The notes below the pieces were generated by a model. The model was not told the DNA's origin, made no database searches, and saw only the letters and a list, made by a program, of their open reading frames with translations. From Chiloscyllium plagiosum (taxonomy: Eukaryota): a stretch of 56,713 nucleotides of DNA. This document shows, in pieces, positions 1 through 12,134 of the stretch; positions within the stretch are counted from its first letter, which is position 1, and each line of letters begins with the position of its first letter. The DNA lies in contig NC_057718.1 in NCBI RefSeq assembly GCF_004010195.1, positions 76,469,642 through 76,526,354 of the forward strand, read 5' to 3'. The translations under genes and the position numbers were made by a program.

Positions 1-49
1 ACAGATTAGATGGACCCAGCATCCTATTTCTGGGCTATAATTTCAATTT

Positions 50-352
50 TAGATTAGGTTACTTACAGTGTGGAAACAGGCCCTTCGGCCCAACAAGTCC
101 ACACCGACCCGTCAAAGCGCAACCCACCCAGACCCATTCCCCTACATTTACCCCTTCGCCTAACACTACGGACAATTTAGCGTGGTCAATTCACCTGACC
201 TGCACATTTGTGGACTGTGGGAGGAAACCGGAGCACCCGGAGGAAACCCACACAGACACGGGGAGAATTTGCAAGCTCCACACAGTCAGTCGCCTGAGGT
301 GGGAATTGAACCCAGGTCTCTGGCGCTGTGAGGCAGCAGTGCTAATCACTGT
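50..352 (-). mobile_element. HE1-type tRNA-derived V-SINE
   Basis: Reverse complement gives the tRNA-like head (CAGTGATTAGCACTGCTGCCTCACAGCGCCAGAGACCTGGGTTCAATTCC), the V-domain (GGTTTCCTCCGGGTGCTCCGGTTTCCTCCCAC) and the CR1-like tail GGGCCGAAGGGCCTGTTTCCACACTGTAAGTAACCTAATCT. Confidence 0.92.
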
Positions 353-475
353 TTCTCTTCATCATGCTGTTGTGTGTGGTGATTAGGAACCAATTTATGA
401 ACGATCAGTTTGGTTCTAGGGAAGAGGATTGAGATGAACATGTGAAGATAATGAGTGAAGTAGGAAACAGTAAGT

Positions 476-568
476 GGCTTCATGTATCTGGGGTCAGTGC
501 TCGCAGAAGATGGAAATATGGGAATTGAAATTAAGCAAAAGATTAGCTTGATTTAGAATAATTGGAGG
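476..568 (+). pseudogene. RTE-clade LINE reverse-transcriptase fragment
   Basis: Reads GFMYLGSVLAEDGNMGIEIKQKISLI*NNWR, matching the F(K)YLGS...EI..RI...W..WR motif of RTE elements. Confidence 0.6.
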
Positions 569-1626
569 GTATAAGGTAATGGCTTTGAAAGGGTTAAGTT
601 TGGAGACCTCATTAGTCCACACCTAATCTGATGATGTTACACATTTTGTCTCATTCAATGTCACAATGTCATTAGATGCATCCTTGCCAGTTCCTGATAG
701 ACTGAGTAATGATGGCTTACTAGTCAATGTAACTTGCACCTAACATGTATGCAATTAACCGTATCATGTTGTTAAGACAAGTACCTCTTCTGTTAAGACT
801 TACTAATGGTTGATCTGCTAATGTTTTGTCACAAGGAAGATTGGTGGTAGTACTCTAAACCTGGTAGTGGTTACTTCTGCGAACATTTGACTGAGTGTTA
901 TGTTTCAGGGGTGTTCAGCAAAGATTGCAGAAGCATTGACGGAGGTAGCTCTGAGGAACTTGAAATGATATGGTCAGCTAGTGTAGGGGGAGAGAGGTAG
1001 AGAAATAAGTAACTGACAAGAGAAGTTGGAGAAGGATGATCAACCAATATTGTGGTGATCCCAAGTGAAATCGGAGAAGCTGACGGGAGAACAGTAATAC
1101 AAAGTATGCAAGTTTCATCTGGCAACAGTGGGTTGGAGGAGGAGTTAACTGCTATCAATGAGAATGGGACTTACAGAAACAGAGGGGTGTGGTTATGGCT
1201 AACACACACGATATCACAGTTAACGTAATGATTGCCAGTTTAGTACTGTGTTTATGAATGCTGAAACTATGTTTCAAATTGCCAGGAACCATTAGGTCAT
1301 ATTTTTAAATAATGTTCTGATATGTTTTGACAATGCAGTGAAATGCTTTGCAGAGTCCTGTGTAATTGCCAAGCTTCCTAATTTGTTCCGAAGTTTCTAG
1401 AGCATGTACTGTGTCCCACATTGCACTCACTTGTAAGGCCAAATATGTCATAGTTTTTGTCTTTATCACAGTTCTCAGCCCTACTGCTGCATTTAAGAGG
1501 TACTGAATTTCTGGGAGCTACATTACAGAGTGGGAAAGAGGAATTTAAAAAAAAACACATGATGTGAGATTAAAACACTACTTCAGTACATGCTCCATGA
1601 TGCATAACATTGGGAGCTGAAGAAAT

Positions 1627-1898
1627 ATTAGAATAGATTCCCTACAGTATTGAAACAGGCCCTTTGGCCCAACAAGTCCACACCAACCCTCCAAATAGTA
1701 GCCCACCCAGACTCATTCCCCTACATTTACCCCGACTAACACACCTAACGCTATGGGCAATTTAACATGGCCAATCCACCCTAACCAGCACATCTTTGAA
1801 TTATGGGAGGAAACCCACACAGACACAGGGAGAATGTGCAAACTCCACACAGATAGTCACCCAGTGCAGGCATTGAACCAGGGTCCCTTGTGCTGTGA
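1627..1898 (-). mobile_element. HE1 SINE interrupted near its 5' head by a CR1 insertion (residual head at 2904-2917)
   Basis: Same HE1 tail and V-domain as other copies; breaks at tgctgtga and resumes as caccatgccacccc after the LINE. Confidence 0.85.
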
Positions 1899-2908
1899 AC
1901 ATAGAACATAGAACATAGAAAAATACAGCGCAGTACTGGCCCTTTGGCCCTCGATGTTGCGCCGATCCAAGCCCACCTAACCTACACTAGCCCACTATCC
2001 TCCATATGCCTATCCAATGCCCGTTTAAATGCCCATAAAGAGGGAGAGTCCACCACTGCTACAGGCAGGGCATTCCATGAACTCACGACTCGCTGAGTAA
2101 AGAANNNNNNNNNNNNNNNNNNNNNNNNNNNNNNNNNNNNNNNNNNNNNNNNNNNNNNNNNNNNNNNNNNNNNNNNNNNNNNNNNNNNNNNNNNNNNNNN
2201 NNNNNNNNNNNNNNNNNNNNNNNNNNNNNNNNNNNNNNNNNNNNNNNNNNNNNNNNNNNNNNNNNNNNNNNNNNNNNNNNNNNNNNNNNNNNNNNNNNNN
2301 NNNNNNNNNNNNNNNNNNNNNNNNNNNNNNNNNNNNNNNNNNNNNNNNNNNNNNNNNNNNNNNNNNNNNNNNNNNNNNNNNNNNNNNNNNNNNNNNNNNN
2401 NNNNNNNNNNNNNNNNNNNNNNNNNNNNNNNNNNNNNNNNNNNNNNNNNNNNNNNNNNNNNNNNNNNNNNNNNNNNNNNNNNNNNNNNNNNNNNNNNNNN
2501 NNNNNNNNNNNNNNNNNNNNNNNNNNNACATTGGACTCCATTTGCCACCTTTCTGCCCAGCTCTGCAGCTTTTTTATATCCCGCTGTAACCTGAAACATC
2601 ACTGTCAACAACTCTACTGACTTTCGTATCATCCGCAAACTTGCTCACCTAACCTTCTAACCCCTCTTCCAGGTCATTTATAAAAATGACAAACAGCAGT
2701 GGTCCCAAAACAGATCCTTGCGGAACACCGCTAGTAACTGCACTCCAAGATGAACCTTTACCATCAACTACTACCCTCTGTCTTCTTCCAGCCAGCCAAT
2801 TCCTAATCCAAACCTCCAACTCACCCTCAATGCCATACCTCCGTATTTTTTGCAGTAGCCTACCATGGGGAACCTTATCAAACGCTTTACTAAAATCCAT
2901 ATACACCA
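1899..2908 (-). mobile_element. 5'-truncated CR1 LINE (RT region to 3' tail), spanning an assembly gap
   Basis: Minus-strand peptides [16 protein letters not shown]...[26 protein letters not shown] and FFTQRVVSSWNALP; 3' tail (TTCTATG)n at 1899-1920. Confidence 0.93.
2105..2527. other. Assembly gap
   Basis: Run of N. Confidence 1.
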
Positions 2909-3279
2909 TGCCACCCCAAAATTAGGAATGTCCTTTCACAATGCAGATATTCACACAGTTTCAGTGATTGTGAGCAATACCAAACCAAGGTATTTCATTG
3001 TTAGATTTTATATTTCAGTTTAATTTTTATGTGTGGAGCCCAGTTATGTAAAACAAAACAGGGTTTAGGTTGGCTAACCCCTGAAAGCAGGGATGGGGAG
3101 AGCAATATGGCTGAGTGTGCAGTTAGACAATGGTAGTGTTGACATCAAATTAACATTAAACATTGATTTAAATAATAATCTCACTGGTCTGTATTCTGCT
3201 GGTGGTCATTAGATATGCGCACACAAACCTATTTACCAAGAAAACAACTTGCAAACGTTTAAACATGTGTTCTTTCTGG

Positions 3280-3655
3280 TCATGGGGACATCACTGGCAA
3301 GGCTGACATTCATTGCCTATCTAATTGTATTTGAACCAAATTGCTTGTTTGGCTATGTCAGAGAGCAGTTAAGAGTCAACCATATTATTGTAGGTCTGGA
3401 ATTACATGTCAGCCAGACCATGAAAGGATGGCAGATTTCCTTTCCAGAAAGGACATTATTGAACTCAGAGGGATTTATGACAATGAATGGTGGTTTCCCG
3501 GTCACCATTACTGAGACCGCATCCAGATTTTGGAATTGGATTTAAAGTTTGTGGGGATATGAACATTATGGGGATATGAACATTGGTTGGATATGAACCA
3601 TGTCCCCAGGACACTGGATTAGTAGTCTAGAAGTATCATCACCACACCATTATTA
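3280..3655 (-). mobile_element. Old tRNA-derived SINE (second family) with a tail shared with the LINE at 22775
   Basis: Reverse complement of the core seen at 45600-45870 (aatgtcctt...ggaaatctgc...tggttgactcttaactgctct); degenerate tRNA-like head near 3590-3650. Confidence 0.65.
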
Positions 3656-4108
3656 ACACCACTTCACATCCCAAGTGCACGTCTACATCTTGAACACAAT
3701 TTATGAGTATTAGCTGGCCATGTAGCATACAAAACCTGGCTGTAGAAAAGTCCAAACTAACTTCCAACAAAGTAATTGACTCCTCTATCAGTTGTGTCTA
3801 ATGGCACTGATTGTTCCTTGTACTTAACTACTGTAATTCTTGTTTGAAAAATATCTCCCAAATCTGTGACCATTCACTACCTGAAGGAATAAAAGCAGAA
3901 GATTCTCAGGGAAGCACATCGGGTGAACAAAATATCAATGTTCCTTCAGCATTGTCAGGTCAAGGTCCTTGAACTTGTTCCTGAACAGCATTGTTCCGCC
4001 ACCTCCAAACAGACCCCACCACCAAGGATATATTTCCCTCCCCTCCCCTATCAGCTTTCCGGAAAGACCACTCCCTCCGCGACTCCCTTGTCAGGTCCAC
4101 ACCCCCCA

Positions 4109-4485
4109 NNNNNNNNNNNNNNNNNNNNNNNNNNNNNNNNNNNNNNNNNNNNNNNNNNNNNNNNNNNNNNNNNNNNNNNNNNNNNNNNNNNNNNNNNNNN
4201 NNNNNNNNNNNNNNNNNNNNNNNNNNNNNNNNNNNNNNNNNNNNNNNNNNNNNNNNNNNNNNNNNNNNNNNNNNNNNNNNNNNNNNNNNNNNNNNNNNNN
4301 NNNNNNNNNNNNNNNNNNNNNNNNNNNNNNNNNNNNNNNNNNNNNNNNNNNNNNNNNNNNNNNNNNNNNNNNNNNNNNNNNNNNNNNNNNNNNNNNNNNN
4401 NNNNNNNNNNNNNNNNNNNNNNNNNNNNNNNNNNNNNNNNNNNNNNNNNNNNNNNNNNNNNNNNNNNNNNNNNNNNNNNNNNNNN
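4109..4485. other. Assembly gap
   Basis: Run of N. Confidence 1.
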
Positions 4486-4591
4486 GGCCTATCACCCTCA
4501 CCTTAACCTCCTTCCACCTATCGCATTCCCAACACCCCTCCCCCAAGTCCCTCCTCCCTACCTTTTATCTTAGCCTGCTTGGCACACCTTC

Positions 4592-4632
4592 CTCATTCCT
4601 GAAGAAGGGCTTATGCCCGAAACGTCGATTCT
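4592..4632 (+). ncRNA. Minimal type-I hammerhead ribozyme motif with canonical core
   Basis: CUGAAGA (4599-4605), extra A, stem II GGGC-UUAU-GCCC, GAAA (4619-4622), palindromic stem III ACGU, cleavage triplet GUC ending at 4626. Confidence 0.75.
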
Positions 4633-5179
4633 CCTGCTCCTTGGATGCTGCCTGACCTGCTGCGCTTTTCCAGCTCTGATCTCCAGCATCTGCAGTCCTC
4701 ACTTTCTCCTGAACAGCATTATGAGAATACCTTCATAATTTGACCACAGTAGATCAATCAGAAGGTTAACCTTCTCAGACAACTACATTTAAGCAATAAT
4801 TGCTGCCTCATCAGTCATTCCATAATCTGGGAATGATATTTTTTAAATAAAATGGGACCAGAACCCCAATGGACAACAATCACGAGAAGGAAAACTGACT
4901 ACACAAAGGAAATTCCAGCTTTCTGTCCACCACTCTTATTGAGATCATCCAGCCTCTGGAAATACTTCTGGTTGTACAGTCCAGTTCTTCACATATTAAA
5001 CTCATTAAGCAATTAGCAGAATTAAAGCGCTTGATAAATGTGAGCCAATGGTCTCTAGATGGTTCTTCAGAAGCCTAATCAAAGTTCATTTTTCAGTTTC
5101 GTTGTGATGTTGCTGAGATGTGTTTGCCCCACAATACGAATTCATGGGAGGCACAGGAGCTCAATGATTCGCGATATGG

Positions 5180-5668
5180 TCTCACAGCGCCAGGGTCCTG
5201 GATTTGACTGTACTCTTGGGTGAATGTCTGTGTGGAGTTTGCACATTTTCTCTGTGTCTGCATGGGTTTCCTCTGGGTGTTCCAGTTTCCTCCCACAGTC
5301 CAAAGCTGTACAAGTTAAGTGGATTGGCCATGCTAAATTGCCCATAATGTCCAAGTGTATGCAGAATTGATGTTTCAGGCATAAGCCCTTCATTCCTGAT
5401 GAAGGGCTTATGCCCAAAACGTCGATTGTCCTGCTCCTCAGATGCTGCCTGACCTGCTGTGCATTTCTAGCACCACACTCTCCATTCTAATCTCCAGCAT
5501 CTGCAGTCCTCACTTTCTCCAGGTATATGCAGGCTAGGTGGATTAGCCATGGGAAATGCAGAGTTACAGGCTGAGGGTAGGGGCAATGGATCTGAGCGGG
5601 ATGCTCTTCGGAGGATCAGTGTGGATTCAATGGGCTGAATAGCCTGCTTCCACACAGTTGGGATTCTA
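5180..5668 (+). mobile_element. HE1 SINE interrupted by a PLE-derived mini-insert
   Basis: ctcacagcgccagggtcctgg...ggtttcctctgggtgttccagtttcctcccacagtcc...gggctgaatagcctgcttccacac. Confidence 0.88.
5365..5520 (+). mobile_element. 156-bp PLE-derived insert: inverted hammerhead fragment + hammerhead + 3' tail
   Basis: 5365-5395 is the near reverse complement of 5396-5427; tail matches 4627-4709; imperfect 15-bp TSD tccaagtgtatgcag (5350-5364) / tccaggtatatgcag (5518-5532). Confidence 0.85.
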
Positions 5669-5924
5669 CCAGCGCTGAAGAAAGATTCGATTAAATCTTG
5701 TGGTCTCAAGATGTGATTTAGCTGTCAGTTTAAACAGTAAGGTTACAGATTTTCATTCTTCATGTTCTGATTTATGATAATTTTTCAATTTTAGGGACAT
5801 GTCAATCTTTGAGTTTTCGGACAAAGCGTCACAGTTTTAGTATCAGAGTAACTCTGCTATTTCCACTATCTGCAGATATGAACACAAAATAATTAAGAAA
5901 CCGCACCTTAGAGCAGTAAGGAAA

Positions 5925-6690
5925 GGAAGACTGCATTCACCAAACACTTTTCATTGCTCCTAGACATCTCAAAGTGCTTTGCAACCAATGATGTGATCAT
6001 TGTTGTAATGTAGGAATTGCAGCAACCCAAAATGTGTGCAATGATCTTCCACATGTCATTATTATTGACAGTCCCTCGCAGACAAGGATCCTAGGTTGAT
6101 TCTGCAGAGACTGATGTGGCTACCACAGACTCTTTTACACTAGGAGCAGATGGTGGTCACAGGAAGGGTGGCTGGGGATTGGTATGGCAGGACGGTCCTT
6201 TCATTGTTTTCACCTGGCTTCCTTTTTCTCCCAATGCCAAGTTTTGAGGTGCTTGATGCCTTTCCAGTTGCTCCTCCTCCACTTTGGATGGTCTTGGGTC
6301 AGTGATTCCCAGATGGGAATGTTGCACTTTGCCCGTGAGGCCTGGAAGGTATCACTGAAACACTTCCTATGTCCAACGAGCTTCCACATATAGCAATCTG
6401 ATAGTGACTACATAATCTGCTTTCATGATCTATATCAATCAACAGAGGGATAAATATTGGCCCGGACACCGGGGATACCCCTACTGATCTTCTTATGAGT
6501 AGTGTCACCCAAGAAGGCAGATAGGGCTACCAATTAATTTTTTTAATTCACAAGACAATATCTTCAATGATGCAGCAGTCCATTCAGACTGCGCTGCACT
6601 GGTGTGGTTGATCAAACCCTAGAATGGGACTTGAACTCAAAATTTGTGACACAGTGTGAGAGTGTTGTCAACTCAGCCAAGGCTGACAAC
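5925..6690 (-). mobile_element. Deu-domain SINE (SacSINE1/AmnSINE-like), split by an RTE fragment
   Basis: Reverse complement of Deu-domain motifs: gagggataaatattggcccggacaccgggg, gttgtaatgtaggaa, caaagtgcttt; head ...gtcaactcagccaaggctgac. Confidence 0.7.
6070..6385 (-). mobile_element. RTE-clade LINE 3' fragment
   Basis: Minus-strand peptide RKCFSDTFQASRAKCNIPIWESLTQDHPKWRR matches the RTE ORF C-terminal motif RKRFKDTLK...WE.LA.DR..WR. Confidence 0.7.
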
Positions 6691-6782
6691 TTAATCAGAG
6701 GATTGTCAGTCATATTGAACACCATGCACTTGCCTGATATTCAGTCATACTGACTTTCATCCAAGAGCATATCGAACTGACT

Positions 6783-6950
6783 TGATTTTAATTTTATTGT
6801 CATGTGTGCTCAAGTATAAAAGTACAGGAGTTCAGTGAAGCGTGTATAATGTCACCACACAAGGCACCACCTTAGTACATACCTAGGTACAGAATCTTAA
6901 GGACAAGGTAGAAAGAAAGAACAAAGTTAAAAGTTAAACATTGCAATAAT
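6783..6950 (-). mobile_element. 3' fragment of the element family seen complete at 53451-54190
   Basis: Shares tttattgtca..tgt.ctca...a.tacagtgaa with 19115-19200 and 53461-53515. Confidence 0.5.
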
Positions 6951-9900
6951 CACAGTGTAGAGTAAAACATATGAAGTAAGGTTAAAAGTTACACATTGCA
7001 GACCGGACATGTAACAGGCGTCCATTCTATGTGATGGAGTCCTTTCTTTGTTACCACGTGAAATCATTTCTATTCTGTTGTAAACAATGTGAAACTTATT
7101 AGAACTTCCCATTGGATTGGCTTGTCGCTAATGTACTATTTGTTACATGATGGAAGCCGATTACTTGCATGTTCAGCAAGCTTAAAAATAAAAGCTCCTG
7201 CAAACTGTAACAAGGTAACAGTTGCTAGCAACTTTAAATGAAAACATTGGCCAGTGTTATGTGGGTGCCTGTGGCCTAATACACAGGGTCCCTGTGACAG
7301 AAAGCTGCAGCTGCTGTCCCTCCTATAGTTCAACTGACAGCTCCAGCTGCCAGGCTTTTTATTGGTCTCCTTTGAGACTAGCTTCATGTGAAAATTACAC
7401 TTTGAAAAACTCTAGTTGGAATTCCTTCCAACCTGTCTTTCCAATAGCTTTATTTCCATTGTGGACTGCTTCAGATAAATAGCGCATTAAAAAAAAGTAT
7501 TTATTATTTGTTTATTTAGCAAATGCAAATCCCCAGAGCCAAATGAAAGCTTCTTCCTTTTTTGAGTTTAATATGCTTGGTCTGAAATTTAGTCTGTCGA
7601 CAGGGACATGCCTCAGTAAGATGCAGCATTGTCTGTGTCTTCCACAAGTCCGTAAGGGGTTTACACTGCAGTCCCAGCTGCAGAGGTTGATTACTAATTT
7701 CAAACCTTGTTCCTTGCTGGAGTCCAGTTCCCGGATTTCTTACACTCTGCCATTCTCCATATTACTGTCACTTGATGATGGATATCACAGGCTTTTTGAA
7801 TGTCACCGATTTCATTGCTAAGTGGAATTCTGTCCCATCCATCTACCATTTGTACTATTTTCTATCCAGTTTCACTGCACAGTGATCAGGCATGTAAAAT
7901 TTCCCTTCCCTGCCCCGGAGGTATTTGGGTTAGCTCCCACTTACACTCCAAAGCTGCCTTCATATTGTTAAGAATAGAATTTATCTGAAAAGTCGCTGTA
8001 TGCTCAGCATTGCACACATGACTTTTTATTTTAAATTGAGGTAATACATGAAGGTTTATAGATGTGATTCATGTACTTAATGTGAATTATATTGCACATT
8101 TATCTCTTCCTTTACATCAGCGTGTGTGATACTCAAACTGTAGAAAACCATTCAATTAATAAGAAAGTACAATGTATTATTCTGTAGTTGAGTACATTAT
8201 TCAAACAGACCTGGCAGTAGTTCCAGCTTTTCCTTTACTCTTTGGGGAGTATTTTACCTTTTCCACCACTCTCTCTCAGCATATACCAGTCAAGTCAATA
8301 TGAAACAAAATCATTCAAACAGTACAAAGTTTATGTCTAACTATTAGATTGATTAAAATACCCTGCAAATGTGTTCATTTTAACGAAATATCCTTGCCTA
8401 GAAGTATATTCCAGTTGTGGAGTGGCCATTCAAATGTCAACTTGGAGGCATTCGTTGCTAATTAACATAAATATGCTTTTCAATAAAGTCTACAAACATG
8501 TTGGAAGGTTCTCAGTGTGCAAGCACAATATTGGAGATGCCAGTTAATCATTCATAAGTCAGGTAAATACCACCCCATATTGCCAGATGGTTTCATTTTT
8601 GGCTCTTAAACCAAAGATGACAGCAAGGTGGAAAATCAAGCTATCAAGTGTCATAGATGAGTATTGAATGATTGCTAGTGGCCCTTGAACTGCACTATGG
8701 AAGTCAATGAGCTAAATTATAGAGCAATAAAAGGTAAGCGAAAGTAATGCAGTGGCAATTAGAACAATCTAAGAACAGAGAGCAATGTTCAAAATAATGG
8801 AAATACGCTGAGTCAATTGGAATTCTCAGTTGTCCAATCCCTGGGGTGTGCTTGGGTTCAAACTACCACATTCCAATTTCACAGCTGAGACTACATGTTT
8901 AGATCATAGTTCAGAGTGGAACATGCAGCATACCTTGCAATAGGGGCACAAAATAGCAAGCAATGGCTTAAATTTAGAAATAGATAATTGCACTTGTTCC
9001 GTTGAGATGGATACAATTCTTTCTCACCAATGGAGACAAAGGATAGAATAAATTCTTGGCAGAAGATTCATAATCAGAAGACTTCATTTCAAACCTATTT
9101 CACCCACTTTGAAATTCAGTTAACTAGGCTTCATTTTCCTTTAACAGTGATGTAGGATGAATTCACTTTAACTGCAAAAGTACATCCTTGAAATATTTGA
9201 AAAATTGCTGCTGAATACCTTCAATCTCGGGACCACAGCAATATGAAACTAACTTGTTGTTAAATTGCTGTTCCCAGTCCAATAGAAACTAACGCGATAT
9301 TCCCTTCTAGTAAAAGACAGTGTGTAGTCTTGACACACTGATTGTACAAGTAAAATGTCATTGAAGGACTGAATTTCCCCAGAGCTACAGGGTTTTTACC
9401 ACCTTTCTGTCCTGCAAATGGCAGTGGAGTGGAAGAAACTTGAAAAAGATTCCAAACAAAAGTCTCTGCAAAACCTTTTCAAAACTACTGTCGAACTGCA
9501 GCCTAAGGTTCATTTTACTCCTGAAAATTGAAGGAAATTCAGTCACAAGTGACCTACACTAGTTCTTATACTTTACCAAAAATTCCTGGATATTTAAACA
9601 AGTTCCACAAAATCTTTGCCAAGATCCTTTGCTGTTCTTAATGTAGCCTACTCTGATGAGCATATACAGCTCAAACTAATGTTTTCAATTTATGACATTT
9701 TGAATGAAATGTAAATTTATGACTAAATTTTAAATGAAGCATAACCCATAATTCTGGTGTTTATGATGCTTAAAAACAATTATACATTTCTTCTTAATTA
9801 AACAGAATATTAACATCTTAATCACTATAACTTCATGGCATCAGAAAGGTTCGTAATAAAAATTGCAAAGCTTCCTGATTGCATTTCCATAAACATGCTC

Positions 9901-12134
9901 AGCTTAAAATGTGTAAAAGGTGGACTGATGGCTTCAGACATTAATGTTCATGTATGAAGGGAGACATAGAAAAGGAATGTGTGATAGATGTGGTACCTTG
10001 CCTGGGGTTTTACTGTTTCCAATGATTTCCACATCTTCTAATGTTTGCAAATTAAGTTCTCAAATATTTCTATGAAAATCTGGCAGATGGAAAGAAATGT
10101 CTGGATGATCTTTCTCCCTTTTCACATTTCAAAAAAAAAGTCTTTATCAGTCCAACTGTTCATTGTTAGTAAAGCACTCATCCTATTCCCTGGCCCCATA
10201 GTTCTATGCAGGCAACATTTCAAAGCCCTCACTCCAGGCTATTTTTAAAATTCCACTTGGCATTTAGTAACTCCCCTTTTGCTTACAAATGATAGACGAC
10301 ACAATTCTGCTGGGAGAACAGGCCTCCCATAATGATCGCAAAGGTACAACTTACAGTTTTTTCAAATCACAAAATTTTGACTTTCTCCAAAATTAATTTG
10401 ACCCTGAAGGGATCTTAACTTTTAAGCCTGGCTATGCTACAGGCATTCCGTTGGCTAAATAGCCAAGATTATCAAGGTATGTTTGTTAGTGGCAGCAACC
10501 CCTGGTGAAATTCCCAACTAATGAAAGCTGTAACTCAATCCACACATATGCTTCCCCTGGGTGTATGCTAGATATCAGCTTTAGCAACAGGAGACTGTTG
10601 ATCTATCCTGTACTAAAATCGCACCTTATTTTTGTCATGTATCATTGCATATTAGTTCCAAGTCATAAATTTGTGTTGCCTGTTTTAATTGATTCGTGCA
10701 TTCTGTTGTCACATAATTACCATTATTATTTCTGCTTGATTGTATCTAACATCCATCCAAACAATCTGTTGATTAAGAAAGGAGCAGGCTGTGAAGAACT
10801 CTGAGATTGCCTGGTATGCTTCTTAATCTTGAGTGATTAACTCTGCTATTCACAGTGGGATGCAGTCGTGCAGGATTACATTGCATACTTTATGAATAGA
10901 GGTATACCCCACTCCCATTTCCCCCCTCCTTTTAGCTCCCTTCTTATCAAATGTCATTCTATCTGATATGATGTGCACTCACAGCAGAACATCACTCTCA
11001 TCAAAGTTACACAACTGACGTCTGCCAGGCAGTTCATCCTTTCCCTTTGGCAATTACAAACCTTTACTCTCTACCTCCTCCTGGTAACTTGATCGTGATA
11101 AGGGTTTCACAATCTGGATGGCCGATTGACACAATTAGGGCTCTGAGGCATTTTATCTCATCAGGAGGGATAACCATTGTATAGAAAGACTACCAGAAAA
11201 ACCCTTGCCAGCCTCCCAGTTGCATCTGTCTGTTATGGCTGGTCTTTGGGAGATATGGGTCCCCAACAGCAACAGCCCCATGGCTTCTGCACCATCACAG
11301 AATGGCAACATGTCCCCAGTCACTTGGACCTGCCTGCCTTTCCCCAGGATCAAACTTAACTCCTCTTTGAGGGCACCTCACTATTGAAGCATTCCAACCT
11401 TTGTTTGGCAACGCCATAGTGGTGACACTGCCAAGGCTGCCCACCCTCTGAGTACTGCTGGGTGGGCCACCAGCCTCCATTGCAAATTTATCCCAGTGCT
11501 ATCCTCCTAGTTGGTTGTTGCAAGTAAAATGCCATCCCAGGGACAGAATTCCATTATTGGAACATATTATCTTTCAATAAAATTCAGCCTTTATTCTGTA
11601 CTGCAGATTTATTTCATGAACCTAATTTAAATTCCCTACTGCGTTGGCAGGATGAGCTCATGATTCCATATCATGGCCTGATTTTAACAGTGTTAAAACC
11701 AGCCCCATGAATTATTCCAGGTCTCTGATTACTGCACCAGTAACGTAGCCATGGTGCTACATTATGTCTTGGATCTAGCCTAAAAGATGACTATGCATTA
11801 ATAATTAAGAGCTAAATTGCCATCTTCAAAGTTGTCCTCACAAAGAAGATTATTCTATCAGTGAAACATTTAGAAATGGACTGCCTTACTATTCTTGATT
11901 GATTTGTATAAAATATTCATGAAAATCAACTGACAAGTGCACCTGTGATAACTAATACAAGGAACAGCAATATCTTCACCTATATATACATGTGTGTTCA
12001 CAGCAAAAGACTCAAAATTCTTCTGTATCATGGAATATATCACTTGATATAATTATCATTAATTCATAACTTCACTAATTAGGTAATGCTATTAACATAC
12101 AATTGCATACACATTTTGTTTAAATTATAATTAT

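Larger units (their letters stand above)
3993..4709 (+). mobile_element. 5'-truncated Penelope-like element (PLE) with hammerhead-bearing 3' end, spanning a gap
   Basis: Peptide FRHLQTDPTTKDIFPSPPLSAFRKDHSLRDSLVRS resembles the PLE RT/GIY-YIG linker; pyrimidine-rich 3' region; tail ...ctccagcatctgcagtcctcactttctcc; 14-bp direct repeat tcctgaacagcatt at 3979-3992 and 4707-4720. Confidence 0.85.

Noticed and set aside
898..1158. 86-aa Ser/Pro/Leu-rich ORF, possibly an LTR-element remnant
   Set aside because: No diagnostic motif, LTR pair or primer-binding site could be supported
1982..4655. Longest ORFs in the track (151-228 aa)
   Set aside because: They are long only because they run through N gaps; the real parts are CR1 and Penelope fragments
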